This document shows positions 1 through 9,190 of a stretch of 64,000 bases of DNA, one piece after another. Positions within the stretch are counted from its first letter, which is position 1; every line of letters starts with the position of its first letter. The notes beneath the pieces were generated by a model. The model was not told the DNA's origin and did no database searches. It was given only the letters and a program-made list of their open reading frames with translations. The stretch is from positions 2,784,001-2,848,000 of the forward strand of contig OY761159.2 of the NCBI GenBank assembly GCA_963664395.2, given 5' to 3'. The position numbers and the translations under genes were made by a program. The DNA comes from Candidatus Binatia bacterium. GTDB lineage: Bacteria > Desulfobacterota > Binatia > Bin18.

Positions 1-6
1 AAAGCC

Positions 7-3000
7 ATGTCCTTTTATGCCGACCTGCATATTCATTCCAAATACTCGCGCGCTACCAGCAAAAACTGCGACTTGAAACACCTCGCCTATTGGGCCAGGA
101 AAAAGGGCATTGCAGTCGTCGGAACCGGGGACTTCACCCATCCGGTCTGGAGGGCTGAACTCAAAGAGCAGTTGATCCCGGCCGAGCCGGGCCTGTTCCG
201 CTTAAAGCCCGACCTGGAAAAAGAAGTCACCGCGATGCTGCCGCCGGCGTGTCAGGGCACGACGCGCTTTATGCTCTCGGTTGAAATATCAACGATCTAC
301 AAGAAGGGCGACAAGACCCGCAAGATTCACCATTTGTTATACGCCCCGGACTTTCTCGCCGCTGATCGTATTACCGAGAGTTTGTCCAGGATCGGAAATG
401 TAAAGTCCGATGGAAGACCCATCCTGGGATTGGATTCACGCCATTTATTGGAAATAACGCTGGAGTCGGACCCCGGTTCGTATCTCGTCCCGGCCCATAT
501 TTGGACACCGTGGTTTGCCGCGTTAGGCTCAAAGTCAGGCTTTGATGCCATAGACGACTGTTACGCTGACCTTGCCCCTCATATTTTTGCCGTGGAAACG
601 GGCCTGTCGTCAGACCCGGAGATGAATTGGCGGGTGTCGTCCCTGGACCGCTTCCGGCTGGTATCAAATTCCGACGCGCATTCGCCCGAGAAGCTCGGGC
701 GCGAAGCGTGTGTGTTTGATACTGAGCGTGATTATTTTTCGATGCGCCACGCCTTGGAGACCGGACAGGGGTATCGAGGCACAGTCGAGTTTTTTCCCGA
801 AGAGGGGAAATACCACCTGGACGGGCATCGGAATTGTCATATCCGTCTCCTGCCGCACGAGACCAGACAACTTGATGGCCGTTGCCCCGAGTGTGGCAGG
901 CCGCTGACGATTGGCGTGATGCACCGGGTGGACGATTTAGCCGACCGTGAAGACGAAATGCAGCCCGCGACGGCCGGTGCGGTCCAGAGCCTTGTCCCCC
1001 TCCCCGAGATGTTATCCGAGATTTTGCATGTGGGTCCGAAGAGTAAAAAGGTGGGCCAACACTACGAGGGCTTACTCAACCAACTTGGACCCGAGTTGCA
1101 GTTGCTGAACGATATTCCATTGGAAGACATTCGGAAAAGTGGAGACACGCTTATTGCGGAAGCCATATCCCGCCTACGCAAACAAGAAGTGATCCGCGAT
1201 GCCGGTTATGACGGCGTGTATGGAACAATCCGGCTGTTTCGGGATGAAGAGCTCCGCCAAAAGACGAGCGGCGCGTCGTTGTTCAAAGAGGAACACAAGC
1301 CCCAAGACAAACAGACCAATTTGCAGAACGATGCGCAGAACAATTTGCCTGTGGAGGACCGCCACAAGCAGCGAAAGGCGACTCAGCGAAAAGCGGCCGC
1401 AGCCCATACTCCCGGCCCATCTCCCGTGACTGCGGAAGACACACCGGCAGCGGCAGATATCTTATCCGGACTTGATAGTGACCAGCGTCAGGCAGCGGAG
1501 ATTACAGCAGGTCCGCTGCTGATTGTTGCCGGGCCGGGTTCCGGAAAAACACGCACTCTCACGCATCGCATTGCGCATCTCATTCGCAATCACGGTGTCC
1601 GTCCCGAACACTGCTTGGCCATCACGTTTACCCGCCGGGCCGCGGACGAAATGCGAGAACGTTTACACACGCTCCTGCCCGATGTTGCAGAGAATATCCC
1701 ACTTTTTACGTTTCACGCTTTGGGCATGTCCATTCTCCAGGAGCATTGGAACGCAGCTGGTCTCCAGCGTGGCTTTCGGGTGGCCTCAGACGCGGAACGT
1801 CAACAACTGTTGCGCGAAACACTCGGCGTTTCGGCCCGCCGGACGCGCAGCCTGCTGTCAGCCATTGCGGTGGCGAAACGAACCGGGCAGGCGCCGGCTG
1901 AGGCCAAGCCGGCCACAGCCTACCGCCTCTACCAGCAGGAATTAGAAGCACAGAACCTGGTTGATTTCGATGACCTGATTGGCCGCGTGATCCACGCTTT
2001 CGAAGCCGACGAAGGGCTGCGGGCTGCGTATCGTGCGCAATACCAATGGGTGTGCATTGACGAATACCAGGATGTGGACGAGCAGCAGGTCCGTCTCATC
2101 AAGCTGCTCGTTCCGCCCGACGGAAACATCTGTGCGATTGGCGACCCGGACCAGGCCATCTATCGTTTCCGCGGGGCAGATGTCCGCTTCTTCGCCCAGT
2201 TCACGACAGACTTCCCCGGTGCGCACGTGGTACGACTCACGCGGAATTATCGGTCTGACCGCAATATCGTCCAGCTCTCTTCCCAGGTCATTGCGCCGTC
2301 CGGGTCCGAGCAGAAATCCACTCCGGTCCTTGCAGACCCACCAAGTTTAATCACTATCCATGAGGCGCGGACAGAGAAGGCCGAGGCCGAGTTCATCGTG
2401 CAATCACTCGAAACGCTGCTGGGTGGCCACAGCTTCTTTTCGATCGATAGCGGTCGATCCCGAGACGCTGAAGGCCAGGACATCTCCTTTGCTGACGTCG
2501 CTGTTCTGTACCGGACAGAAGCCCAATCGGAGGCAGTTGTTGAAGCCCTCCAACGTTCGGGTATGCCGTTTCAGAAACACGCCCATACGCGGCTGCTCGA
2601 CCATCCTGGGGTGGCGCTCCTGATTGATGCCCTGCGTGGACAGCACAGCGCCGGACCTCTCGTTGCACGGCTTACAGCAGCTTTTGAAAAAACCGAAGCC
2701 GATGAAGCAAGAGATGAGGCAGCAGAAGCCTTTGCACTCTTACAACCTGTTGCTCGGGAGTGCGGGGATGATCTGGATCGCTTTCTTTCTACCCTGACGC
2801 TGGAAACGCAGGTCGATACCTGGGACCCGCGCGCCGACCGGATTTCCTTACTCACCCTGCATGCCGCCAAAGGCTTGGAATTCCCCGTTGTCTTTATTGT
2901 GGGCTGTGAAGATGGCATTCTGCCGCTGAGCTGGGGCAAAGCCGAAGCTGCCGACCTTGACGAAGAGCGCCGCCTGTTTTACGTCGGCGTCACACGGGCA

Positions 3001-3171
3001 CAGACCAAACTCTATCTGTGTCACGCCCAGAAACGCCGCTGGCGCGGGGCGGTGCAATCCATGTCACCTTCCCCGTATTTAGCCGATATTGAGGAACGGC
3101 TGCTCGAACGTCGTCGGAGTCAGATGCCTGCCGGGAGGAAGAAGCCGGCGAATCAGTTGGAGCTGTTTTGA
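7..3171 (+). CDS. Endonuclease Q-like PHP domain fused to UvrD/REP (PcrA-like) SF1 helicase
   Basis: N-terminal YADLHIHSKYSRATS, GTGDFTHP, SNSDAHS and a CPEC zinc motif (EndoQ-like). After a linker come the helicase motifs AGPGSGKT, IDEYQD, GDPDQAIY, LTRNYRS, TLHAAKGLEF and EERRLFYVGVTRA. Confidence 0.9.
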   Translation: MSFYADLHIHSKYSRATSKNCDLKHLAYWARKKGIAVVGTGDFTHPVWRAELKEQLIPAEPGLFRLKPDLEKEVTAMLPPACQGTTRFMLSVEISTIYKKGDKTRKIHHLLYAPDFLAADRITESLSRIGNVKSDGRPILGLDSRHLLEITLESDPGSYLVPAHIWTPWFAALGSKSGFDAIDDCYADLAPHIFAVETGLSSDPEMNWRVSSLDRFRLVSNSDAHSPEKLGREACVFDTERDYFSMRHALETGQGYRGTVEFFPEEGKYHLDGHRNCHIRLLPHETRQLDGRCPECGRPLTIGVMHRVDDLADREDEMQPATAGAVQSLVPLPEMLSEILHVGPKSKKVGQHYEGLLNQLGPELQLLNDIPLEDIRKSGDTLIAEAISRLRKQEVIRDAGYDGVYGTIRLFRDEELRQKTSGASLFKEEHKPQDKQTNLQNDAQNNLPVEDRHKQRKATQRKAAAAHTPGPSPVTAEDTPAAADILSGLDSDQRQAAEITAGPLLIVAGPGSGKTRTLTHRIAHLIRNHGVRPEHCLAITFTRRAADEMRERLHTLLPDVAENIPLFTFHALGMSILQEHWNAAGLQRGFRVASDAERQQLLRETLGVSARRTRSLLSAIAVAKRTGQAPAEAKPATAYRLYQQELEAQNLVDFDDLIGRVIHAFEADEGLRAAYRAQYQWVCIDEYQDVDEQQVRLIKLLVPPDGNICAIGDPDQAIYRFRGADVRFFAQFTTDFPGAHVVRLTRNYRSDRNIVQLSSQVIAPSGSEQKSTPVLADPPSLITIHEARTEKAEAEFIVQSLETLLGGHSFFSIDSGRSRDAEGQDISFADVAVLYRTEAQSEAVVEALQRSGMPFQKHAHTRLLDHPGVALLIDALRGQHSAGPLVARLTAAFEKTEADEARDEAAEAFALLQPVARECGDDLDRFLSTLTLETQVDTWDPRADRISLLTLHAAKGLEFPVVFIVGCEDGILPLSWGKAEAADLDEERRLFYVGVTRAQTKLYLCHAQKRRWRGAVQSMSPSPYLADIEERLLERRRSQMPAGRKKPANQLELF
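3029..3166 (+). repeat. Direct repeat copy 1 (3' end of the helicase gene)
   Basis: About 138 bp (agaaacgccgctggcg...gaagaagccggcgaatcagttggagctgt) recurs, diverged, at 3909-4047. Confidence 0.9.
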
Positions 3172-3250
3172 GGGGGGTGTACCTGGACCAAAAAGGCCGG
3201 GCGCTTGAGCACTCCTTGAGGTCGAGCTCAAATCTGATAATCTGATTTAT

Positions 3251-3517
3251 ATGAAGTCGCATATTTCGGCAACGCAGGCCGCCCGTACCTTTTCTGCTCT
3301 CCTCAACCGCGTACACTATCGGGGCGAAGAGTTTGTTATTGAGCGGAGTGGGGAGCCGGTCTGTCGTATCATCCCAGTCCAGCCAGCCACTCGCACCCTT
3401 GCCGATCTCGTACAACTCCTGCGTTCAATTCCAAAACCTGACCCCGGCTATTGGGATACCGTGGAAGCGTTAACGGTACAGCAAGCTGTGTTGTCAGAGT
3501 CACCGTGGGAATACTGA
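3251..3517 (+). CDS. Phd/YefM-family antitoxin
   Basis: ISATQAARTFSALLNRVHYRGEEFVIERSGEPVCRIIP is a typical Phd N-terminus; overlaps a PIN toxin gene. Confidence 0.85.
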   Translation: MKSHISATQAARTFSALLNRVHYRGEEFVIERSGEPVCRIIPVQPATRTLADLVQLLRSIPKPDPGYWDTVEALTVQQAVLSESPWEY

Positions 3518-3906
3518 TCGACACGAGTGTCCTGATTGCTATCGAGCGAGGGCAGTGCGAGCTGGACGCCTTGCTCGTGGAGCAGGCAGAGGAGGATATT
3601 GCTCTGGCGGCGATTACTGCCTCGGAATTGTTGCACGGTGTACACCGGGCGGGGAAGGCTGCGTATCGGGCACGGCGTGAGGCGTTTGTTGAGCACCTGC
3701 TCGCCCGGCTCACTGTCATTCCATTTGACCTTGTCGTCGCCCGGATTCATGCCCGTATCTGGGCGAGGCTAGCCGCCAAAGGGGTGACAGTCGGAACACA
3801 CGATTTACTCATTGCCGCTACCGCTCTGGCATCTGATTTCAGGGTTGCTACCCGTGACGAGCGAAGCTTCTCCCGTATTCCTGGGCTTTCCATCGTGCGG
3901 TGGTAG
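3505..3906 (+). CDS. vapC: PIN-domain (VapC) toxin
   Basis: GTG start at 3505 gives MGILIDTSVLI; also ITASELLHG, HDLLIAATAL and VATRDERSFSRIPGL. Confidence 0.9.
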   Translation: MGILIDTSVLIAIERGQCELDALLVEQAEEDIALAAITASELLHGVHRAGKAAYRARREAFVEHLLARLTVIPFDLVVARIHARIWARLAAKGVTVGTHDLLIAATALASDFRVATRDERSFSRIPGLSIVRW

Positions 3907-3908
3907 CA

Positions 3909-4047
3909 AGAAACGCCGCTGGCGTGGCACAGTGCAATCCAGGTCGCCCTCTCCTTTATTTAGCCGATATTGAGGAACACCTGCTCGACCGTCGTCGGAG
4001 TCAGGCCCAGGCCCGGAGGAAGAAGCCGGCGAATCAGTTGGAGCTGT
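3909..4047 (+). repeat. Direct repeat copy 2 (degenerate duplicate of the helicase 3' end)
   Basis: Diverged copy of 3029-3166 starting just after the vapC stop; contains an indel. Confidence 0.9.
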
Positions 4048-4051
4048 GGTG

Positions 4052-4426
4052 TTAACCAAACAGGAGTTGTCGAATATGTTCGGGCCGGGTTACCAGGCCC
4101 GCCAGCTTGTGAAGTGAGGCATCAATAGCCTGGGTGAAAGCGGCCGGCCCGCCGAATCGCTCCACCGTATCCGGTGGCATAAACTTGAACAGGAAATCGG
4201 CTGTACCGGGTGGCAGAGCGGCGAAGTGGACCGCCAGAATGCCATAATCCTGCAAGAGCATAGCCAATGCGGCAGCCGCCTCATACGGAACAATCGGTGC
4301 CTGCGGGGCCGCGCTCAGACCGGCCCGCTCCAGGATCAGTTCGAGTATATCGTCTGCCGGCAGCTCGGCGAGACGAACCCTCCCCTCTCGTTTTGAATAG
4401 TAGTGCTGTCTTGGCGAAAATGCCAA
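4052..4426 (-). CDS. Hypothetical protein or gene fragment
   Basis: Protein-like composition (LAELPADDILELILERAG...). No recognised motif and the start is uncertain. Confidence 0.35.
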   Translation of the reverse strand: MAFSPRQHYYSKREGRVRLAELPADDILELILERAGLSAAPQAPIVPYEAAAALAMLLQDYGILAVHFAALPPGTADFLFKFMPPDTVERFGGPAAFTQAIDASLHKLAGLVTRPEHIRQLLFG

Positions 4427-4467
4427 CGCGGCGTAGGATACTCAGGCGTATAAGGAGGAGCCTCCAG

Positions 4468-5568
4468 ATGAAAGCCGCAGTCCTGTCGGAAGTTGGTGGC
4501 CGGTTGGTTATTGAGGATATTCCGCAGCCCCGTCCCAAGGCTGGTGAAGTATTGGTCAAAGTCGCTGCGTGTGGGGTGTGTCATACCGACCTGCATGTGA
4601 TGAAGGGTGAAGTGAAGTTCCCGGTGCCGTGTGTGCTGGGCCACGAGATCTCTGGCAGTGTTGAGGAAGTCGGTCCTGAGGTGAAGACGACCCGGCCCGG
4701 AGAGAAGGTGGTGTGTAGCTTTATCATGCCGTGCGGGGTGTGCTCGTACTGTGTGCGGGGGCGGGACGATCTGTGTGAAACCTTCTTCGCGCTGAACCGT
4801 CTGAAGGGGACGCTCTACGATGGGGAGAGTCGTCTCTCTCGTTCTGATGGTTCGACCCTGGCTATGTATAGTATGGGCGGCCTGGCTGAGTATGCGGTTG
4901 TTCCAGCCAGTGATGTCTTTCCCGCTCCTGCTAATGTGTCCCTGACCGATGCGTGTATTCTCGGCTGTGCCATGATGACAGCCTATGGCGCGGTGAAGAA
5001 TCAGGCGCGAGTCCAACCGAGCGATAGCGTGGCCGTCGTCGGCACAGGTGGTGTGGGCTCAAACGTCGTTCAGGTCGCCAAGGCGTTTGGGGCCGGCCAG
5101 ATTATTGCGGTTGATGTGCGCGACGATAAACTGGAAGCGGCCAAGGCCCTTGGCGCAACCCATAGCGTGAATGCCAGTCAGGAAGAGCCCGTCGCAGCAG
5201 TGAACGCCTGCACCAACGGTCAGGGCGTAGACGTGGCCATTGAAGCCTTGGGACGACCGGAAACAGTGGTGAACGCGTTCATGATGACGCGCGATGGGGG
5301 GCGGGTGGTGGTGATCGGTATTGCCCCAGGCACGACAACCGCAGGCATTGAGATTACACGTCTGGTCCGCCGCGGCATTCAGCTTATGGGCTCCTACGGC
5401 AGTCGTGTCCGCACCGACCTGCCTGAGGTATTGGCATTGGCAGCCCGGGGGCAGGTTAATGTGTCCCAACCCATTACTCGGCGTTACAGCCTGGAACAGG
5501 CGGATGAAGCGTATGCGGCCTTGAGTCGTGGCGAGATTATTGGACGAGCGATTGTTCGTATGGCTTAG
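4468..5568 (+). CDS. Zinc-dependent medium-chain alcohol dehydrogenase
   Basis: RBS aggagg then ATG at 4468; GVCHTDLH, LGHE, CGVCSYCVRGRDDLC and GTGGVG. Confidence 0.93.
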   Translation: MKAAVLSEVGGRLVIEDIPQPRPKAGEVLVKVAACGVCHTDLHVMKGEVKFPVPCVLGHEISGSVEEVGPEVKTTRPGEKVVCSFIMPCGVCSYCVRGRDDLCETFFALNRLKGTLYDGESRLSRSDGSTLAMYSMGGLAEYAVVPASDVFPAPANVSLTDACILGCAMMTAYGAVKNQARVQPSDSVAVVGTGGVGSNVVQVAKAFGAGQIIAVDVRDDKLEAAKALGATHSVNASQEEPVAAVNACTNGQGVDVAIEALGRPETVVNAFMMTRDGGRVVVIGIAPGTTTAGIEITRLVRRGIQLMGSYGSRVRTDLPEVLALAARGQVNVSQPITRRYSLEQADEAYAALSRGEIIGRAIVRMA

Positions 5569-5619
5569 TACTGCGCATCTTTTCCCTCGGAGAGAAGCGT
5601 GTCTCTTGGAAAGTGATGG

Positions 5620-7140
5620 TCAGCCAGCGGCTTGCTCCGGTAGCGTGGCATCGCCTGTCGCAGAGTCCTGGTGTCGTCCAGCTGGCCGCCGAGTGAACGC
5701 CAGCGCGTCGTCGGTCAGCGAACCATAGGCTGCTGTCCAGACATCAAGCAGATAATTATGGTAGGCCCTCCAGGGCATCTTTACGCCTTGCTTGGGGAAG
5801 ATATCGATTGCTCTCTGGATGTAACCCGAGGTGAAATCAAAGAGTGGCTCCCGCTTCATAGCCGGGTCGTGGGGGCGCGGGCAGCACTGATCGTAACCGT
5901 TCGCCTCCATATGGTTGAGCAGTCGGCAGATATAGGTGCACGTGAGGTCACATTTGAGCGTCCACGACGCATTCGTATAGCCAATGGTCAGAGCCAGGTT
6001 CGGCACATTACTGAACATTATACTCTTGTAGGTCAGGGTCTCCGAGAACTCGACGGGCTCGCCATCGACCGTCACATCGAGACCGCCAAGGAGCTGCAAA
6101 TTAAGACCCGTGGCCGTCACGATGAGGTCGGCTTCAAGCTCCGTACCCGAACGCAGGCGGATACCGCGCTCGGTGAAGGTCTCGATATGGTCGGTGACAA
6201 GCGAGACCTGGCCGGCCTTGATCGCTTTGAAAAGATCGCTGTCCGGCACCAGGCACAGGCGCTGCTGCCACGGGTTGTAGTGGGGCGTGAAATGCTGCTC
6301 GATGTCATAGTCAGGCCCCAGGGCCGCGCGGACCTGGCGCAAGAGAAACGCCTTGGCCCGCTCCGGGGAGTGGCGACAGAACCAAAAGACATAGGCTCCG
6401 ATAAGCACGTTCTTCCACCGGATCATACGATAGACGAGGCTGTTCGGGAGAAAACGTCGCAGCGTATTGGCGAGATGATCCTCCGACGGCAAGGAGATCA
6501 TATAGGTAGGCGAACGTTGCAGCATGGTGACCTGGGCGGCCTGCTTGGCCATTTCAGGCACGAGCGTCACCGCGGTCGCTCCGCTCCCGATCACAATGAC
6601 GCGCTTGTCCACATAGTCGATATCAGCGGTCCACTGCTGCGGATGTACGATCCGGCCCTGAAATTTCTCGGTCCCGGCAAACTCCGGGGTGTAGCCTTGG
6701 TCGTAGTTGTAGTACCCGCTGCACATGAAGAGGAAGTTGCAGGTGAAGCGGCAGAGTTCGGCCGTGTCGGCCCGCTCGGTTTCTACCGTCCAACTCGCGT
6801 CCGCTGTAGACCATGCGGCCCGCTTCACGTGGTGGCCAAAACGAATCTTGCTATCGATGCCGAACTCTGTGGCTGTCTCGTGTACGTAGCGGAGGATGGA
6901 AGGCCCATCAGCGATTGCCTTCGGGTCGGTCCAGGGCCGGAACGAGTAGCCCAGCGTATACATGTCCGAATCCGAGCGGATACCAGGGTAGCGGAAAAGA
7001 TCCCAGGTGCCGCCGAGTGTGTCGCGTCGTTCGAGAATGGCATACGTCCGGCCCGGACAGTGTGCCTGCAAATGATAGCCGGCGGCAATCCCGGAGATTC
7101 CCGCGCCGACGATCAGGACATCGAAATGTTCCGTACTCAT
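5620..7140 (-). CDS. FAD-containing Baeyer-Villiger monooxygenase (EthA-like)
   Basis: GAGISG, GGTWDLFRYPGIRSDSD, FQGRIVHPQQW fingerprint, GSGATA. Confidence 0.92.
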   Translation of the reverse strand: MSTEHFDVLIVGAGISGIAAGYHLQAHCPGRTYAILERRDTLGGTWDLFRYPGIRSDSDMYTLGYSFRPWTDPKAIADGPSILRYVHETATEFGIDSKIRFGHHVKRAAWSTADASWTVETERADTAELCRFTCNFLFMCSGYYNYDQGYTPEFAGTEKFQGRIVHPQQWTADIDYVDKRVIVIGSGATAVTLVPEMAKQAAQVTMLQRSPTYMISLPSEDHLANTLRRFLPNSLVYRMIRWKNVLIGAYVFWFCRHSPERAKAFLLRQVRAALGPDYDIEQHFTPHYNPWQQRLCLVPDSDLFKAIKAGQVSLVTDHIETFTERGIRLRSGTELEADLIVTATGLNLQLLGGLDVTVDGEPVEFSETLTYKSIMFSNVPNLALTIGYTNASWTLKCDLTCTYICRLLNHMEANGYDQCCPRPHDPAMKREPLFDFTSGYIQRAIDIFPKQGVKMPWRAYHNYLLDVWTAAYGSLTDDALAFTRRPAGRHQDSATGDATLPEQAAG

Positions 7141-7189
7141 AACTCCAGCATCTCAATTCGGGTATTGGCTCAGGATGGACATTACAGCC

Positions 7190-7300
7190 TTTGTGGTGAA
7201 AGGTGCCTATCAGCTCCGGCTTGAGCGGCACCCAGAAGCTCTCAATCGGCTGCGTGTGGACTCGGCCCCGGACATATCCACTGCCCGCCTCTGAGTACAG
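7190..7300 (-). pseudogene. IS1595-family transposase remnant
   Basis: Minus-strand peptide GYVRGRVHTQPIESFWVPLKPELIGTFHH matches the ISXO2-like motif HTNxIESFWxxLKRxxxGTxH. Confidence 0.75.
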
Positions 7301-7344
7301 AAGGCAAGCCGTTCTTCGTTGTAGGCCCTCCGCCCGGAACCGTG

Positions 7345-8202
7345 TTAGCTGGCGCCGGCAAATTCGGCCACCGGGTCGCCCGCTATTCTGGCGTGGTACA
7401 TCACCCGCGCTTCGGTCATATCCCACGGGCAGGCCCGGTGCAGCAGGCGACGGTTATCCCACAGCACGGCGTCGCCGGCGGTCCAACGGTGGTGATAGAC
7501 GCGTGGGGCCTGGCAGGTATGGTCCACCAGCGCCTGGAGTAATTGTTCGGATTCAGCCGGGTCCAGCCCCGGAATGCCGTACGCATGGCGACCAACTAGC
7601 AGAGACTGCCGCCCGGTCTCGGGATGCGTTTTCACCAGGGGTCTCAGCGGCGGGTCCTGGACATCTAAGCCATAGCCATTATAATCGCCGCCCTTTTTGG
7701 CTGAAAACCCAATCTTTTTCTGTGAATGCCGGAGGGAATGGTAGGCCGACAGATTAGCAATTCTCTCTTTCGTGGCGGCATCAAGCGCGTCATACCCGGC
7801 GCGTAAATCCGCCCAGCCGGTTTCCCCGCGAGAAGGAGGAACAATGTGGGCTGTGAACACCGCACCCTTGGCTTGCACGGGCATATAGGTGCTGTCACAA
7901 TGCCAACCCATATTCCCTTTGAGCACCTGAATCATCTCGTCTGCATCGTCTTCGACGCGAACGCTGCCGTCTTTTTTGACGTTGCTGATCGGCACCAGAT
8001 CAAATTCCAGTTTACCGAAGCGTTTGGTAAATTCGACCTGCTGGTCGTTGGAGAGATGCTGGTCCGGGAAGATGAGCAGCGCATACTCAAGCCAGGTGTC
8101 GTACAGCCGGCTGAAGGTTGTCTCGTCAATTGCGGCCAGCTTGAGTCCGGTTACGGTCGCCCCAAAGCTCGCATTGAGCGGCTTAACCTGAAAATCTGTC
8201 AT
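7345..8202 (-). CDS. TauD/TfdA-family 2-oxoglutarate-dependent dioxygenase
   Basis: WHCDSTY (HxD), PLVKTHPETGR, HRWTAGDAVLWDNRRLLHRA. Confidence 0.92.
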   Translation of the reverse strand: MTDFQVKPLNASFGATVTGLKLAAIDETTFSRLYDTWLEYALLIFPDQHLSNDQQVEFTKRFGKLEFDLVPISNVKKDGSVRVEDDADEMIQVLKGNMGWHCDSTYMPVQAKGAVFTAHIVPPSRGETGWADLRAGYDALDAATKERIANLSAYHSLRHSQKKIGFSAKKGGDYNGYGLDVQDPPLRPLVKTHPETGRQSLLVGRHAYGIPGLDPAESEQLLQALVDHTCQAPRVYHHRWTAGDAVLWDNRRLLHRACPWDMTEARVMYHARIAGDPVAEFAGAS

Positions 8203-8354
8203 GGGTGTGCTTCCTCCTGGGTTGCCTCAGAATGACGCGCGAAAGGAAAACTGTCAATCCATGATCCGGTTCAGCGACGGACAGTTAGATGATACTGCAA
8301 TGCTCTTCCGACGGTGCAAAATAGCGCCAATCATATACGAAAGGTTGCTGGAAT

Positions 8355-8834
8355 ATGGAAATTTTGCTTTTCGCCCTACTTTTTGCCATATTTTCTGCCC
8401 TCATCGCCAGCCATAAAAACCGCTCTGTTCTTGGCTGGTTTTTCGTAGGAGCCTTTTTCGGTCCGTTTGGACTACTTGTCGCCGCCTTCCCAAAACTCGA
8501 CCCGGCCAAAAACACGGCTCGAAAAGCACCCCAATCACGAAGTCAGGGTCGTCTTGAACAACATAACGCCCAGTTCCGCGCCTGTCCTCACTGCACCAAA
8601 CAAATCCCCAAAACCACCGACCAATGCCTGTTCTGTCACCAATCTGTCGAGCCCGAACCGATCAATCTTCCAAAGCCAGAAGCAGTAGTAGAACCTGAGA
8701 CAGAAGAACCAACCACCAAAGAAACCGTCCCAGCCGCTGCCCGCCTACGTGAGCTCGAGTCCTTGCACACCGACGACCTCATCACGGACGAAGAATACGA
8801 ATCTAAGCGTGCCGAGATCATGAAGGAACTCTAA
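8355..8834 (+). CDS. Membrane protein with zinc ribbon and SHOCT domain
   Basis: Two N-terminal hydrophobic segments, CPHC...CLFC, and C-terminal RLRELESLHTDDLITDEEYESKRAEIM. Confidence 0.8.
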   Translation: MEILLFALLFAIFSALIASHKNRSVLGWFFVGAFFGPFGLLVAAFPKLDPAKNTARKAPQSRSQGRLEQHNAQFRACPHCTKQIPKTTDQCLFCHQSVEPEPINLPKPEAVVEPETEEPTTKETVPAAARLRELESLHTDDLITDEEYESKRAEIMKEL

Positions 8835-8927
8835 CCATGCGTCCCTTTATCAGTTGAGTTGGTCCAGTGGCGGTGACTGCTCACGGTCAATAAACAACTA
8901 GAGGATAAAAGGCAGGCCAGCAGCAAG

Positions 8928-8955
8928 AAAAAAGCCCTTGCAGAAACAAGGGCTT
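8928..8955 (-). terminator. Intrinsic terminator-like hairpin after the att copy
   Basis: aagcccttg-6nt-caagggctt followed by a T-run on the minus strand. Confidence 0.6.
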
Positions 8956-8960
8956 GGTGA

Positions 8961-9008
8961 GAGCCACCCATCGGAGTCGAACCGACGACCTACTGATTAC
9001 GAATCAGT
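8961..9008 (-). repeat. att site: duplicated 3' part of tRNA-Thr
   Basis: 48-bp exact match (gagccacccatcggagtcgaaccgacgacctactgattacgaatcagt) to 37124-37171. Confidence 0.97.
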
Positions 9009-9135
9009 ATGGAACGCATTTCGCGCACTTTCCTTATTTTGCTGATAGTTGTCATAGGTAGTTGAATATACTAGGTAAATACGAATATAGCCTTGCGCTT
9101 GCTTGCGTTGATTTGCGGTGGTATTCTGTCTCTGT

Positions 9136-9153
9136 GGTGACTTATTGGTGACT
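9136..9153 (+). repeat. Putative integrase arm-type binding site
   Basis: ggtgacttattggtgact occurs identically at 37056-37073, just inside the other att. Confidence 0.75.
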
Positions 9154-9190
9154 TTTCGACTCACTGACAGACACTGATTTGGAGGCGGAC

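Noticed and set aside
5671-7224. Long antisense ORFs (also 17951-20542, 27621-28958, 30128-31546, 55056-56006)
   Set aside because: Shadow ORFs of high-GC genes on the opposite strand, with no motifs.
8961-9008. Second tRNA-Thr gene
   Set aside because: Only the 3' 48 nt are present, with no D-arm or 5' acceptor strand. It is the att copy.
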